From: Alloascoidea hylecoeti
Taxonomy: Eukaryota
Length of the DNA: 64,000 nt
Direction of reading: 5' to 3'
Assembly (NCBI GenBank): GCA_001600815.1
Contig: BCKZ01000018.1
Coordinates: 463,974-527,973 of the forward strand
Numbering within the stretch: position 1 is the stretch's first letter; every line of letters begins with the position of its first letter. A program made the translations under genes and the position numbers. Shown here piece after piece: positions 44,535-54,489 of the stretch. The notes under the pieces were generated by a model, which ran no database searches, was not told where the DNA came from, and was given only the letters and a program-made list of their open reading frames with translations.

Positions 44535-47156
44535 ATGACATCTCATGAAGACGACGAGTTTGATAAGCTGATTGATGATATTGATGATGGAGATTTTGGA
44601 TTTTTAGATGATTTAGATATCGATGATGTTATACCTTCTACTTCGACAAATCGATCGAAAACACAAACGCGGAATACCCAAGTCCCTACTCCAGTGGTAA
44701 ATGCAGATAACAATGAGATAAGGCATGAGTCAAGTGCTGAAGTACAACAACTTCAAAAAGAACTTCAGGCCCTGAAGTCAAAACATGAAAAAATGCAGTC
44801 GGACTTCTTTTCAGCTAAAGGAGAAAACTCTATATTACGATCCAAACTAAATGAAGTTGAAAAAAGACATTCAACGGAGGTAAATCAAATGGCACAATCA
44901 CAAAATACTTATCGGCAAAGGCAAGAACAAGAATTATCTGATCTGAATCATCAATTGGAGCGGTTGAAAACGGAAAAAACGTTTAACATGAAAGAAAAGA
45001 AGAAAATAAAAAGCAACAATATTGGTGGCACACCATCATTAAAAGGGTTTCCAGATCAAATTGCTCCGGATTTGTTCAAGAAGAAGAATTCTCAATGGAA
45101 AACACCAACTTCACAATTACAAGTTGGAACGAATAAAAGGAAACGTGTAACAAAGGAAAGTGATGTAACAACAATCCAGACAGATAATGCAATACCACCA
45201 TCAGACCTCATGTTCAATAAAGATATTAAAATGAAGACAGTTGTTCGTCCTATACCTCTCCAACCTTCAAATAATCTGTTAATACCAAACGAGCCTGTAT
45301 TACTAGTTGATTATTTACTATCACATATAATTACTGGTGCTCGATTTCCAACCATGGAATATCTTTCCCGGATAAAGATACAATCATCTTTCTCTCATGG
45401 TGATCTACTAATTAGTCCAAAAGATAAAGATTTTGCGAAACCAATAATATCATTCATTTGTAATGGACGACGAATGACTCGTCTTGATAAACTTGTTTGT
45501 ACAATTTCAGAAACAATTCTTGAACTAACATTTCAATGCTATTCACAACATTATTTTATGGTTTGTCCCTTTCTGCTAGCTTTGGTACATTGCTGTATTT
45601 CATTTCGACCTGCTGCTGTGTCCGAGAAATTGATAGATATTGTAATGAAGTTTACATATTCTATTACCAAATTGTCAGATTGGGCTATTACGCGCCGTTA
45701 TAGAAAGTTAAAAAATGAGGAAGATCCGAACTTTTTCTTATATTCAAACAAAGCTGAAGATTTTAGTTTACAACAAGATGAATATTTAAATAATCTTTGC
45801 TCGATTTATACAATGGATATTCTTGAAAAACTGGCGCAGATTTGTTGCTCATCCGAAAAGTTTGTTACAAAATTGTGGTCAACGATAGACTATAAATTTT
45901 TATCTGGGTTCTTCCCACAGGTAACAATTGATAGTGTACAATCAGGAACGATGAGACTTAATAATATCGGCTCAAAACTACAATTACCCATATGCATCTT
46001 ATTTAATCTGATTGAAATGTTGGCTAGTTCTGCTTTATCTAATTCAATCGGACCAATATTGTCTACAGTTAATGATGGTGACAACTCGCTTATACAACAG
46101 CAACAACACGATATAAAATTACTCGATACTTTAATTAATTTATTTGTCGAGCCACAAATATGTGCTCCTGGCTTCAATTTTTACAGTCTCAATAGAATAT
46201 TAGGAGATGGAAGTGATTGGAGAATAATTTCTTCACTTTTCCCAGTAGATGAGAAAGATAATAAGAAGTTAGAGACAAGCTTCTCTAAACAATCAGGCTC
46301 TTTCTCGGCTTTTTTTTCGGATTCGTCAAATAAATTAACAATTGGAAAGAAAGAGAGTTTTAGAGTGCAAACAGATCAAGATATACAATATATAAAATTA
46401 CGGTTGAAGCTGGTTGAATGCCTACAAACAATTATTTCCGAGAGAATTGATGACAATAACAATTATGATGAGATGAATAATGTCTACAGTGGTATTAATC
46501 TTTTCATATGTAGCGATAGAAAGCTACTATACCAAATTAATGATATATTTATTTGGTCAATTGCTTTGGAACAAGAGTATATTATTCAAGCGCCACATTC
46601 AGCTTTAAATAAATATCGGATTGAACTTATAAGCGATATGGTGGAAATCTTACACTTGACTTGGAAAGCGAATGATGATTTTCAGGGCTTCATTAGAGTA
46701 TTGTCCAGAATCTCCTTAAATGAATTGCAGGTAATAATGTCCAGAATTGGATTTCGAACCTCAATAGATCAAGCTAGCTTCTTGATTCAAAACTCGTATA
46801 GAGCACAAAAACAAGATTTATTAGTTCAGTTAGAAAATGAAAAAGCCTCTCAAGCGGTTTTCAATATTGAAAAGCTGTTCTTTGCCAATTCCATTGAAAA
46901 TTCAATATCATATCGATGGAAACTTCCAGCCATTCCTAATAAAGTACTACAATTGAATACAAACACAAAAAATAATGAAAAAAGAACTGAGACTGAAAGC
47001 GATTCTGAAGATGATTACGATGATTTAATTATTGAACCAAATGGATTAGAGATAAAATACAGCGATGATACTATGGAACTAGCAAGGGATATATTAGAAA
47101 TGTGTATGACTATGGAAGAGGCAGATAATCTATACTTTGCGATGAATGCTAGTTAA
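44535..47156 (+). CDS. LCD1: DNA damage checkpoint protein Lcd1/Ddc2 (ATRIP/Rad26 family)
   Basis: Acidic N-terminus (EDDEFD), coiled coil with GENSILRSKL, KRKR basic patch, helical body and C-terminal ELARDILE...T.EEADNLY.AM. Start 44535 or 44493. Confidence 0.8.
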   Translation: MTSHEDDEFDKLIDDIDDGDFGFLDDLDIDDVIPSTSTNRSKTQTRNTQVPTPVVNADNNEIRHESSAEVQQLQKELQALKSKHEKMQSDFFSAKGENSILRSKLNEVEKRHSTEVNQMAQSQNTYRQRQEQELSDLNHQLERLKTEKTFNMKEKKKIKSNNIGGTPSLKGFPDQIAPDLFKKKNSQWKTPTSQLQVGTNKRKRVTKESDVTTIQTDNAIPPSDLMFNKDIKMKTVVRPIPLQPSNNLLIPNEPVLLVDYLLSHIITGARFPTMEYLSRIKIQSSFSHGDLLISPKDKDFAKPIISFICNGRRMTRLDKLVCTISETILELTFQCYSQHYFMVCPFLLALVHCCISFRPAAVSEKLIDIVMKFTYSITKLSDWAITRRYRKLKNEEDPNFFLYSNKAEDFSLQQDEYLNNLCSIYTMDILEKLAQICCSSEKFVTKLWSTIDYKFLSGFFPQVTIDSVQSGTMRLNNIGSKLQLPICILFNLIEMLASSALSNSIGPILSTVNDGDNSLIQQQQHDIKLLDTLINLFVEPQICAPGFNFYSLNRILGDGSDWRIISSLFPVDEKDNKKLETSFSKQSGSFSAFFSDSSNKLTIGKKESFRVQTDQDIQYIKLRLKLVECLQTIISERIDDNNNYDEMNNVYSGINLFICSDRKLLYQINDIFIWSIALEQEYIIQAPHSALNKYRIELISDMVEILHLTWKANDDFQGFIRVLSRISLNELQVIMSRIGFRTSIDQASFLIQNSYRAQKQDLLVQLENEKASQAVFNIEKLFFANSIENSISYRWKLPAIPNKVLQLNTNTKNNEKRTETESDSEDDYDDLIIEPNGLEIKYSDDTMELARDILEMCMTMEEADNLYFAMNAS

Positions 47157-47190
47157 TCCTAGCCTTATAATTGTTGTGAATTAATTGAAA

Positions 47191-47265
47191 TATATGGGTG
47201 TTTGGGTGTTATATATATGATTTAAAAATTATATGTAGTTTCCTATTTTGGAAAACCCAGTCACA
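47191..47265. promoter_or_regulatory. RPS3 promoter: tandem Rap1-like sites (47191-47210, ACACCCAAACACCCATATA on minus) and perfect Homol-D box CAGTCACA (47258-47265)
   Basis: Motifs read directly 80-155 bp upstream of the RPS3 ATG. Confidence 0.65.
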
Positions 47266-47345
47266 AATTTTTTAGCTTTAGATATTTTTCTTCAACTCCA
47301 AATATACCAGTTCCTCTCTTCAATAGCCAATTCAACATTAACACA

Positions 47346-48101
47346 ATGCCAGCTAACAAAATTTCAAAGACAAGAAAGCTCGTCGCTGATGGTGTATTTT
47401 ACGCCGAATTAAATGAATTTTTCACACGTGAATTAGCTGAAGAAGGATACTCTGGTGTTGAAGTCAGAATCATCCCAACCAAAACTGAAGTTATCATTCG
47501 TGCTACCAGAACCCAAGCTGTTCTTGGTGAAGATGGTAGAAGAATCCGTGAACTCACTTCATTAGTTCAAAAGAGATTCAAATTTCAACCTGGATCTGTT
47601 GTTCTTTACGCAGAACGTGTTCAAGACCGTGGTCTCTCTGCCATCGCTCAATGTGAATCTTTGAGATACAAACTTCTTAATGGTCTTGCTATCAGACGTG
47701 CCGCTTATGGTGTTGTCCGTTATGTCATGGAATCAGGTGCTAAAGGTGTTGAAGTTGTTATTTCTGGTAAACTCCGTGCTGCTCGTGCCAAATCTATGAA
47801 ATTTTCTGACGGTTTCATGATCCACTCTGGTCAACCAGTCCGTGATTTCATTGATACTGCTACTCGTCACGTCTTGCTCCGTCAAGGTGTTTTAGGAATC
47901 AAGGTCAAAATTATGAAGAACCCAGAACACAACAAGGGTGGACCAAAATCTTTACCTGACTACGTCAAAGTTTTAGAACCAAAGGAAGATGTTAGAATTG
48001 AAGAACCAATTGTTGAGGACTTTATTCCAAAACCAGCCCCAGTTGCAGAAGAACCTGCTGTTGCAGAAGAGACTGCTCCAGTTGCTCCAGTTGAAGCTTG
48101 A
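47346..48101 (+). CDS. RPS3: 40S ribosomal protein S3 (uS3)
   Basis: [28 protein letters not shown] and [14 protein letters not shown]; intronless with biased codons. Confidence 0.99.
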   Translation: MPANKISKTRKLVADGVFYAELNEFFTRELAEEGYSGVEVRIIPTKTEVIIRATRTQAVLGEDGRRIRELTSLVQKRFKFQPGSVVLYAERVQDRGLSAIAQCESLRYKLLNGLAIRRAAYGVVRYVMESGAKGVEVVISGKLRAARAKSMKFSDGFMIHSGQPVRDFIDTATRHVLLRQGVLGIKVKIMKNPEHNKGGPKSLPDYVKVLEPKEDVRIEEPIVEDFIPKPAPVAEEPAVAEETAPVAPVEA

Positions 48102-48728
48102 TTTTGATATAATGAAAAGTATACTTATAATTTAATTCATCCTTTTAAAATCTCTGATAACCTACCTCAGTGTAAAATATATAATAACACTTGAAGATGT
48201 AACAAGCTGTATTTAGATTACAGATATTCCGTCAATATTTATACAAATAATGGCGATTCCAGTCTGATCATATATTTGTAATTTTAAGATATGTAATATG
48301 CGAATAGAAATTTTGTTCAAATTTAAAAGACGTATCTTCATATATTATTATAAGCTATCGATATCTAGCTGATTATAATTAATGAATATATAACACAAAT
48401 AAAGTTTAAGTAATGTGGAATATAATAAAACAAGTAACAGCCCATACAGAAATTAGTACAACCATTTATAACAAAAACAAATTTAAGCTAATATAATAAT
48501 AATATGATATGTAAACAAATAAATACCAATTGAATAAGTAAAAAAAAACAATACAGTGAAAAATATAATAACAATATTAATGATAGCTAAGACAATTGTC
48601 TTGTCGTGTATTTCAATCTAAAGTTTAACACATGACCTCCAAACCTTTCAAATTATTTGAATATTAATTGAGTAACTTATAATAAAGTTGCATAACCAGT
48701 TTTCTTTCATCTTTAATCTTCCAGCTTT

Positions 48729-51257
48729 TCATTTCATTAAAGTTCCATATGGCCCATCGTGATCTATCAATTTCGAAGGAACAGCGCCTCTACTTAATCT
48801 TCTGTTTCTAATTCGTGGTACTGCTCCACCACCAGTTCTAGATTTTGTTTTAGCAAGACCATCTAACGCAAATTCAGGTGTTGCTTCTAATATAATATCT
48901 CTTGTCTTTTGCTTCTTTTTGGCATTTTGTTGCTTTAATGATTCTAAATATTTAGGATTAATACCCCGCTGTGAAATACTAGTGAAATGTGAATTTAATG
49001 AGTCCGCGGGTGAACTTGGAGGAGGTGGTGTTTTTCTCATTTCCATCGGATCAGATTCAAATGGTATAATTGGGGATGGCAAGTCATCTGCTTCAATAGC
49101 TCTTTGAATGGTAAATGGACTAGATTGAATATTATTTTGTGAGAATGCTAAGGGAGGTGGACGATATTGTTGGTCTTGTGAGGGTCTTCTATTCATATCA
49201 TATTGCAGTGGTGGAGGTTGATTGAATCTTGGGGTTTGGTCATTTAATTCTATATTTCTAGGAGCTCTTGGAGTCTCTTGGTCTTGAATAGCCGGGTTTG
49301 GGTAATCTGGATTTTTTGGTGGGGATGAAGGAGCTTCATATTTCTCATTTCCCAGCTGTAGAGGTGAGTATGAATCTTTATAGTTATTATTTCTCATTTT
49401 ATAATTTGATATATCTTGATCTTCTTCAGTAGTGCCTGTTATTTGATTTAATATTTCTCGTCGTTGTGGACTGTTAAAATTTGTTCCACTATTTTGTTGG
49501 AATGTTGGTCTTGGATCATTAAGTTCCAATGGATCACGTTCATTATAATTATTTTCCAATTTAGTTTCTGAATAGTTATTTCGATAGGTATTAACAGGTG
49601 GTGATCTTATCTGCTCCACATCCTGTAGGCTTGGTTCAGGCCCTGAATTCATTGGACTTGGTGATCCATATACATTATTTCCAAGTTCTGTAGACTGAGG
49701 TTGTTGAAATTGAGGTGGTGGCCCCTGTGGTGGTCTAAAATCATCCGGTGCCATATACTCAGTCGAATAATATGAGCTTGTATTTTCATTTGGATTGAAA
49801 GTTCTATTAGGTCTAACTGTGTTCCCAGATTGTGCTATAGATCTTGGATCACTTAGGGTCTTTTGGACAGGATAATATCCTTGAGGGAAGTTTTGGGCAG
49901 GATTCATTGATCGTGGATCAGTTTGAGCCTTCTGTATAGGGTGATATCCTTGGGGGAAGTTTTGAGTAGGATTCACCGATCGCGGATCAGTAATGGCTCT
50001 TTGAATTGTGGGTCCGGAGTTATATTCATATTGGGGGCCGGATGCCGTACTGGCAGATCCATTCCTATCCCTAAGTGAGACATTATAACTATTTGATGGC
50101 ATATTCATACCATAACCATTTGGGGGAGATGGACCACGCCCCGAAATCATCGGAATGGGTTGAGGGGAAGGTCTAGGCCTAAAATTTCTATTTGGAGCGG
50201 GTGAACCATTGTTTTGCCTATTTGGATTTCTTATTGGGGGACCTTGTATACGTTGTGGGTTTCTTGATGGGATAGAATTTAGAGGTGGGGCAATACTTGT
50301 TGTGGCATTAGACATTGAATTTGAAAAGGAATCTTGTATTTCTTGATTCGGTACCCCAAAAGAGCTATTGTTAGAGAAACCTGTTGATGGTAAGACTGGT
50401 CTTGATTTAATATATTGACTATTCATTGATTGCTTACTATCAAGGCTAGAATAGGGATCTGGTGCTCTATTGTTAAGTGTACCATGACCAGGATCGCCAG
50501 TTTGATAAAGATCATTATCATTATTATAAGTACCAGAGGTAGAAGTGTCGACTCTAGTGAGATTAGATCCTCCTCTACTTAGTGCTATTTCATCAATATC
50601 ATCTTGTCTGGTCTCCACTAATTTTAACTCTGTAAAAGCTTGTAAATCATCAGAAGCATCAATTTTATGATGATTAAAATTCTCAAACTCAAGATCATCA
50701 TTTTCGATAGATTTATTCATCTTTTTTTTTCGACTTGCTGAACTTCTCATTAAACATAATACAATGTTTAGTAAAAATAATACAACAGTAGAGCCAATAT
50801 TAAGCCAACCTGCCCAGCCTAAATGTGGGTAGAAAAGCAATATATCTGTAACACAAGTGATTGTTGATAATGCAAAAGCTATGAACGACCAAAACCAAAC
50901 ATTTAAGAGATATAAACTCGAATGATTCGCTGAATGAAGATGTGTGATAATAGTCTGAATTAAAAGGATTAAAGTGAGGCCAGCCCCAATAGGATGTAAA
51001 ATTAAGAGTTTGGACATTGAAGATCTGACGCTTTCCGAAATTGAGAAATCCGAGGAATCGCCCAAGGTGGTTGGATTATATAAGAATTTTGAGGTACAGT
51101 CTGAATCCTTGCAGTAACCAAACACTCCATACTGTATTCCATCTTGATCGCCCAGTGCTATAGCAGCCGAGACAGGAGCAGTCAAATTTGGAAGTAGTTG
51201 CAGAACGAAAGCGACAGTTACCAGAACGGATGCTGTTGAGGCCACACGTACTACCAT
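48729..51257 (-). CDS. SUR7/PalI/Rim9-family membrane protein with long disordered cytoplasmic tail (Tos7/PalI-like)
   Basis: Hydrophobic N-terminus, YGVFGYC motif, LLILHPIGAGLT, DILLFYPHLGWAGW, four hydrophobic segments and conserved C-terminal SHFTSISQRGINPKY. Confidence 0.85.
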   Translation of the reverse strand: MVVRVASTASVLVTVAFVLQLLPNLTAPVSAAIALGDQDGIQYGVFGYCKDSDCTSKFLYNPTTLGDSSDFSISESVRSSMSKLLILHPIGAGLTLILLIQTIITHLHSANHSSLYLLNVWFWSFIAFALSTITCVTDILLFYPHLGWAGWLNIGSTVVLFLLNIVLCLMRSSASRKKKMNKSIENDDLEFENFNHHKIDASDDLQAFTELKLVETRQDDIDEIALSRGGSNLTRVDTSTSGTYNNDNDLYQTGDPGHGTLNNRAPDPYSSLDSKQSMNSQYIKSRPVLPSTGFSNNSSFGVPNQEIQDSFSNSMSNATTSIAPPLNSIPSRNPQRIQGPPIRNPNRQNNGSPAPNRNFRPRPSPQPIPMISGRGPSPPNGYGMNMPSNSYNVSLRDRNGSASTASGPQYEYNSGPTIQRAITDPRSVNPTQNFPQGYHPIQKAQTDPRSMNPAQNFPQGYYPVQKTLSDPRSIAQSGNTVRPNRTFNPNENTSSYYSTEYMAPDDFRPPQGPPPQFQQPQSTELGNNVYGSPSPMNSGPEPSLQDVEQIRSPPVNTYRNNYSETKLENNYNERDPLELNDPRPTFQQNSGTNFNSPQRREILNQITGTTEEDQDISNYKMRNNNYKDSYSPLQLGNEKYEAPSSPPKNPDYPNPAIQDQETPRAPRNIELNDQTPRFNQPPPLQYDMNRRPSQDQQYRPPPLAFSQNNIQSSPFTIQRAIEADDLPSPIIPFESDPMEMRKTPPPPSSPADSLNSHFTSISQRGINPKYLESLKQQNAKKKQKTRDIILEATPEFALDGLAKTKSRTGGGAVPRIRNRRLSRGAVPSKLIDHDGPYGTLMK
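49840..50006 (-). repeat. Intragenic 69-bp (23-aa) tandem repeat, about 2.4 copies
   Basis: DPRS units recur at 49840, 49909 and 49978: IQRAITDPRSVNPTQNFPQGYHP / IQKAQTDPRSMNPAQNFPQGYYP / VQKTLSDPRS. Confidence 0.9.
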
Positions 51258-51728
51258 GATTGAAGAAAGGAAGTTAATGAAAAAGGTTAGTCAGATATAA
51301 ATGAATATAAATGAAACTGAAACAAAAAATTAAAGGGGAATTAAGAATCTTAGATGTATCGAAATCTAAATATAAGTTATATCTAAACAAAGGACCTGCC
51401 TGCTGTTAGACTAAGTATAAAAGAGCTGGGAATTGATCGACTTGCGAAATTTCTTTAGAAGGGAAGGGTAAAAAGAAAGAAGGTAAAAACCAAGAGAAAT
51501 AATAGATGGAATGAATGAGATCTCTTCATCCTCTATCTCTGAGAATTAAAGGTCTTTGAGACAAACATGAGGCGGAAGAGTTTGAGTTTGATATTTTCTA
51601 GTTCTGGAATATTGCATGCACATGACGTATTTCTCACGCATACGCTACACAGACCCTGTTGTAGCAGGAAAGAATAATTACTAAGATCACGGATAGTATT
51701 ACGTCATCATCTTTTTTTTTTTTTCTGG

Positions 51729-51738
51729 TGAAAAATTT
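51729..51738 (+). promoter_or_regulatory. RRPE element TGAAAAATTT upstream of DHR2
   Basis: Consensus match about 75 bp upstream of a ribosome-biogenesis gene. Confidence 0.7.
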
Positions 51739-51809
51739 ATTTCTGAACCCTAATTATTACCAGTTTGAACAAAACGTTTATCATTGGAAATATTTTCTTC
51801 TCAAGAATA

Positions 51810-54350
51810 ATGACCTCAATAGTGGATATACCCTCATCTTCTAGGAAGAAAAGAAAAAGAAATAGAAGTAAGAACAAAGGTACTGGGGAACAACAATCTC
51901 ATCAAGTGAACCTTCCAAGTAAATATCAAAATAAGAAGAAAAAATTCAACGACCATGAAGAGAATAACTCTACAAAATCACTGCCAGATGTATCTATGGA
52001 ACCACAACTAGGACGTACAATTAAGAAACAATCAGTGCCTAAGTCTCCTTTGCCATCTATAACACATACTGATATTGAAGAATCAGAAAATGTCAGTCAG
52101 GATTCGAGTACGAATTATAGTATACCTGGACCCTTCGACCCAACTAGAACCAGACTGACTGATTCAGATAGCAATTTAACATTGAACTCAGACTTTGACG
52201 AACAAGAACAAGATAAACAAAATCTCAACTCTTCTGAAACATCTCAATCAAACGATGCTGATAACAAACAAGTATCAAAAACAAAAAATAAATCGAGAAC
52301 TAAGAAAATTGTTAACTTTACTAGTACGGAAGAAGACCTTGACAATGATGAAGACGAAGAAGTTTTACAGCATTCGAATGTAAGTCCTCAATTACGAATA
52401 AAAATAAAGAAAGATCTTCAACGGATTCGAGAAACTTTACCAATTTATAAGGCCAAAGACCCTTTAATTAAACATTTGGAATCCAACAGAGTGACTATTT
52501 TAGTTGGTGAAACAGGTTCTGGTAAATCAACACAATTACCTCAATTTTTATCAACAATAAAATCGATCAAGAAGGGCATAGCAATTACACAACCAAGACG
52601 AGTTGCTGCTATAAATTTGGCAAAGAGAGTTGCTGAAGAATCGGGTGAAATCTTAGGTGATGGTGTTGGTTATACAGTTCGTTTCCAAAATGCGTCACAT
52701 CCTAGAACAAAAATAAAATATCTTACAGATGGTATGTTACTAAGAGAAATAATGACACGAAAAAGGCTTGAGAATTATAGTGTAGTGGTAATTGATGAAG
52801 CACACGAAAGAACGGTCTTAACGGATTTATTAATGGGGTTCTTGAAGAGATTATTAGATACTCGACCTGATTTTAAAGTCGTTGTGATGTCTGCCACAAT
52901 AGATGCAGAAAGATTCAGTAATTTTTTCAATAATGCTCAAATTCTTTATGTTGAAGGTAAAATGTTTAATGTCCAACGATTCTATTTACCTGACCCTACA
53001 GATGATATTATTGATCATACGATTCGAACTGTGATTCAGATCAACAATGGTGAAGAATCCGGTGATATTCTTGTTTTTTTACCAGGCCAAGAAGAAATTG
53101 ATAAATGTGTTAACCTAATAAATGACGTGGCTCTGGATTTACCAAAGGAAGCACCTTTAATGGTAGCATTGCCATTATATGCTGCCATCTCACCAACTCA
53201 ACAACAGAAAGTGTTTGAATCCTTACCTCCGAGAAGAAGGAAAATTATCTTTGCAACGAATATTGCAGAAACTTCGATCACTGTACCTGGTGTTAGATAT
53301 GTTGTTGATTCAGGTTTAAGAAAAGTCAAAGTATGGAAACATGAATTGGGTTTATCTACATTATTGACAACAACAATATCTCAAGCATCAGCTACTCAAA
53401 GGACGGGTCGTGCTGGAAGAGAAGCACCTGGTAAATGTTATCGATTATATACAGAGAAAGATTATACTACTTTAATTAAACAAACAGAACCTGAGATTGA
53501 AAGAAGTGATATTTCGGCGCCTATTTTAATGTTGAAAAAAGCAGGAATTGATGATGTTTTAAATTGGCCTTGGTTACAATCTCCTGGAAGGGATGCTATA
53601 GTAGCAGCATTAACAAAACTGTATGCTTTGGCAGCATTGGATAAGAGTGGGAAAATCACTGAACTAGGTAAGAAAATGGCTGTTTTACCTTTATCTCCAC
53701 ATTTAAGTGCTGTTTTAATAAACGCTCAAGAGACAAAATGTTTGGATGATGTGATTGATATAGTCGCTTGTTTATCTGTTGATAATTTAATCCTCAATCC
53801 AAAACCAGATGATAGAGATGAGGTCAACGAAAAAAGACAGGCTATTTTCTCGTTGGGAATGAAATATGGTGATTTAATAATGATGAAAGAAATGTATCAA
53901 TTTTATAAAGGCATTAAACGCAAAGACGATCAGAAAAGGTGGTGTAAAGATTTGAATATAAGTTATAGAGGGATATCAAATGTCGAGAAGATTAAGAAAC
54001 AGTTACGAGAATACATGGGACAGCTATACAAAAATGATACATACAATAATGATGGTGAATCTAATCCTTTGACGAATATTGAAATTCCTACGATTTTGAA
54101 ATGTTTTTTAAAGGGATTTGTTTCAAACTCTGCAATTGGAGCTCCTGATAGAAGTTATCATACAGTTACTAACGGACAGAACATTGCCATTCATCCTTCA
54201 TCGTTGATGTATGGGAAAAAGGTTGACTGTATAATGTTTACCGAGTTTGTCTTTACAACAAGAGGCTATGCAAGAAATGTATCCCCAATAGAATTGGATT
54301 GGTTACAAGAAATTGCACCACATTATCTTGGAAGAAGAATTGCGACATAA
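51810..54350 (+). CDS. DHR2: DEAH-box RNA helicase for 18S rRNA synthesis, 846 aa
   Basis: GETGSGKSTQLPQ, TQPRRVAAINLA, DEAHERT, SAT, QRTGRAGR, Dhr2-type KVKVWKHELGL.TLLT; basic N-terminal extension. First ATG at 51810. Confidence 0.93.
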   Translation: MTSIVDIPSSSRKKRKRNRSKNKGTGEQQSHQVNLPSKYQNKKKKFNDHEENNSTKSLPDVSMEPQLGRTIKKQSVPKSPLPSITHTDIEESENVSQDSSTNYSIPGPFDPTRTRLTDSDSNLTLNSDFDEQEQDKQNLNSSETSQSNDADNKQVSKTKNKSRTKKIVNFTSTEEDLDNDEDEEVLQHSNVSPQLRIKIKKDLQRIRETLPIYKAKDPLIKHLESNRVTILVGETGSGKSTQLPQFLSTIKSIKKGIAITQPRRVAAINLAKRVAEESGEILGDGVGYTVRFQNASHPRTKIKYLTDGMLLREIMTRKRLENYSVVVIDEAHERTVLTDLLMGFLKRLLDTRPDFKVVVMSATIDAERFSNFFNNAQILYVEGKMFNVQRFYLPDPTDDIIDHTIRTVIQINNGEESGDILVFLPGQEEIDKCVNLINDVALDLPKEAPLMVALPLYAAISPTQQQKVFESLPPRRRKIIFATNIAETSITVPGVRYVVDSGLRKVKVWKHELGLSTLLTTTISQASATQRTGRAGREAPGKCYRLYTEKDYTTLIKQTEPEIERSDISAPILMLKKAGIDDVLNWPWLQSPGRDAIVAALTKLYALAALDKSGKITELGKKMAVLPLSPHLSAVLINAQETKCLDDVIDIVACLSVDNLILNPKPDDRDEVNEKRQAIFSLGMKYGDLIMMKEMYQFYKGIKRKDDQKRWCKDLNISYRGISNVEKIKKQLREYMGQLYKNDTYNNDGESNPLTNIEIPTILKCFLKGFVSNSAIGAPDRSYHTVTNGQNIAIHPSSLMYGKKVDCIMFTEFVFTTRGYARNVSPIELDWLQEIAPHYLGRRIAT

Positions 54351-54489
54351 AAATTGTATGTAGTATAAAATTATTATTGTTGCCATTGCAAGTGTAAATT
54401 TCAGTATAAGTGTCCAATCTCCACTCAATTTGTGCTCTCCTGTAATTTTACAACTTTGAAACTTAAAGAGATTTCAAAATATTTGTTTT

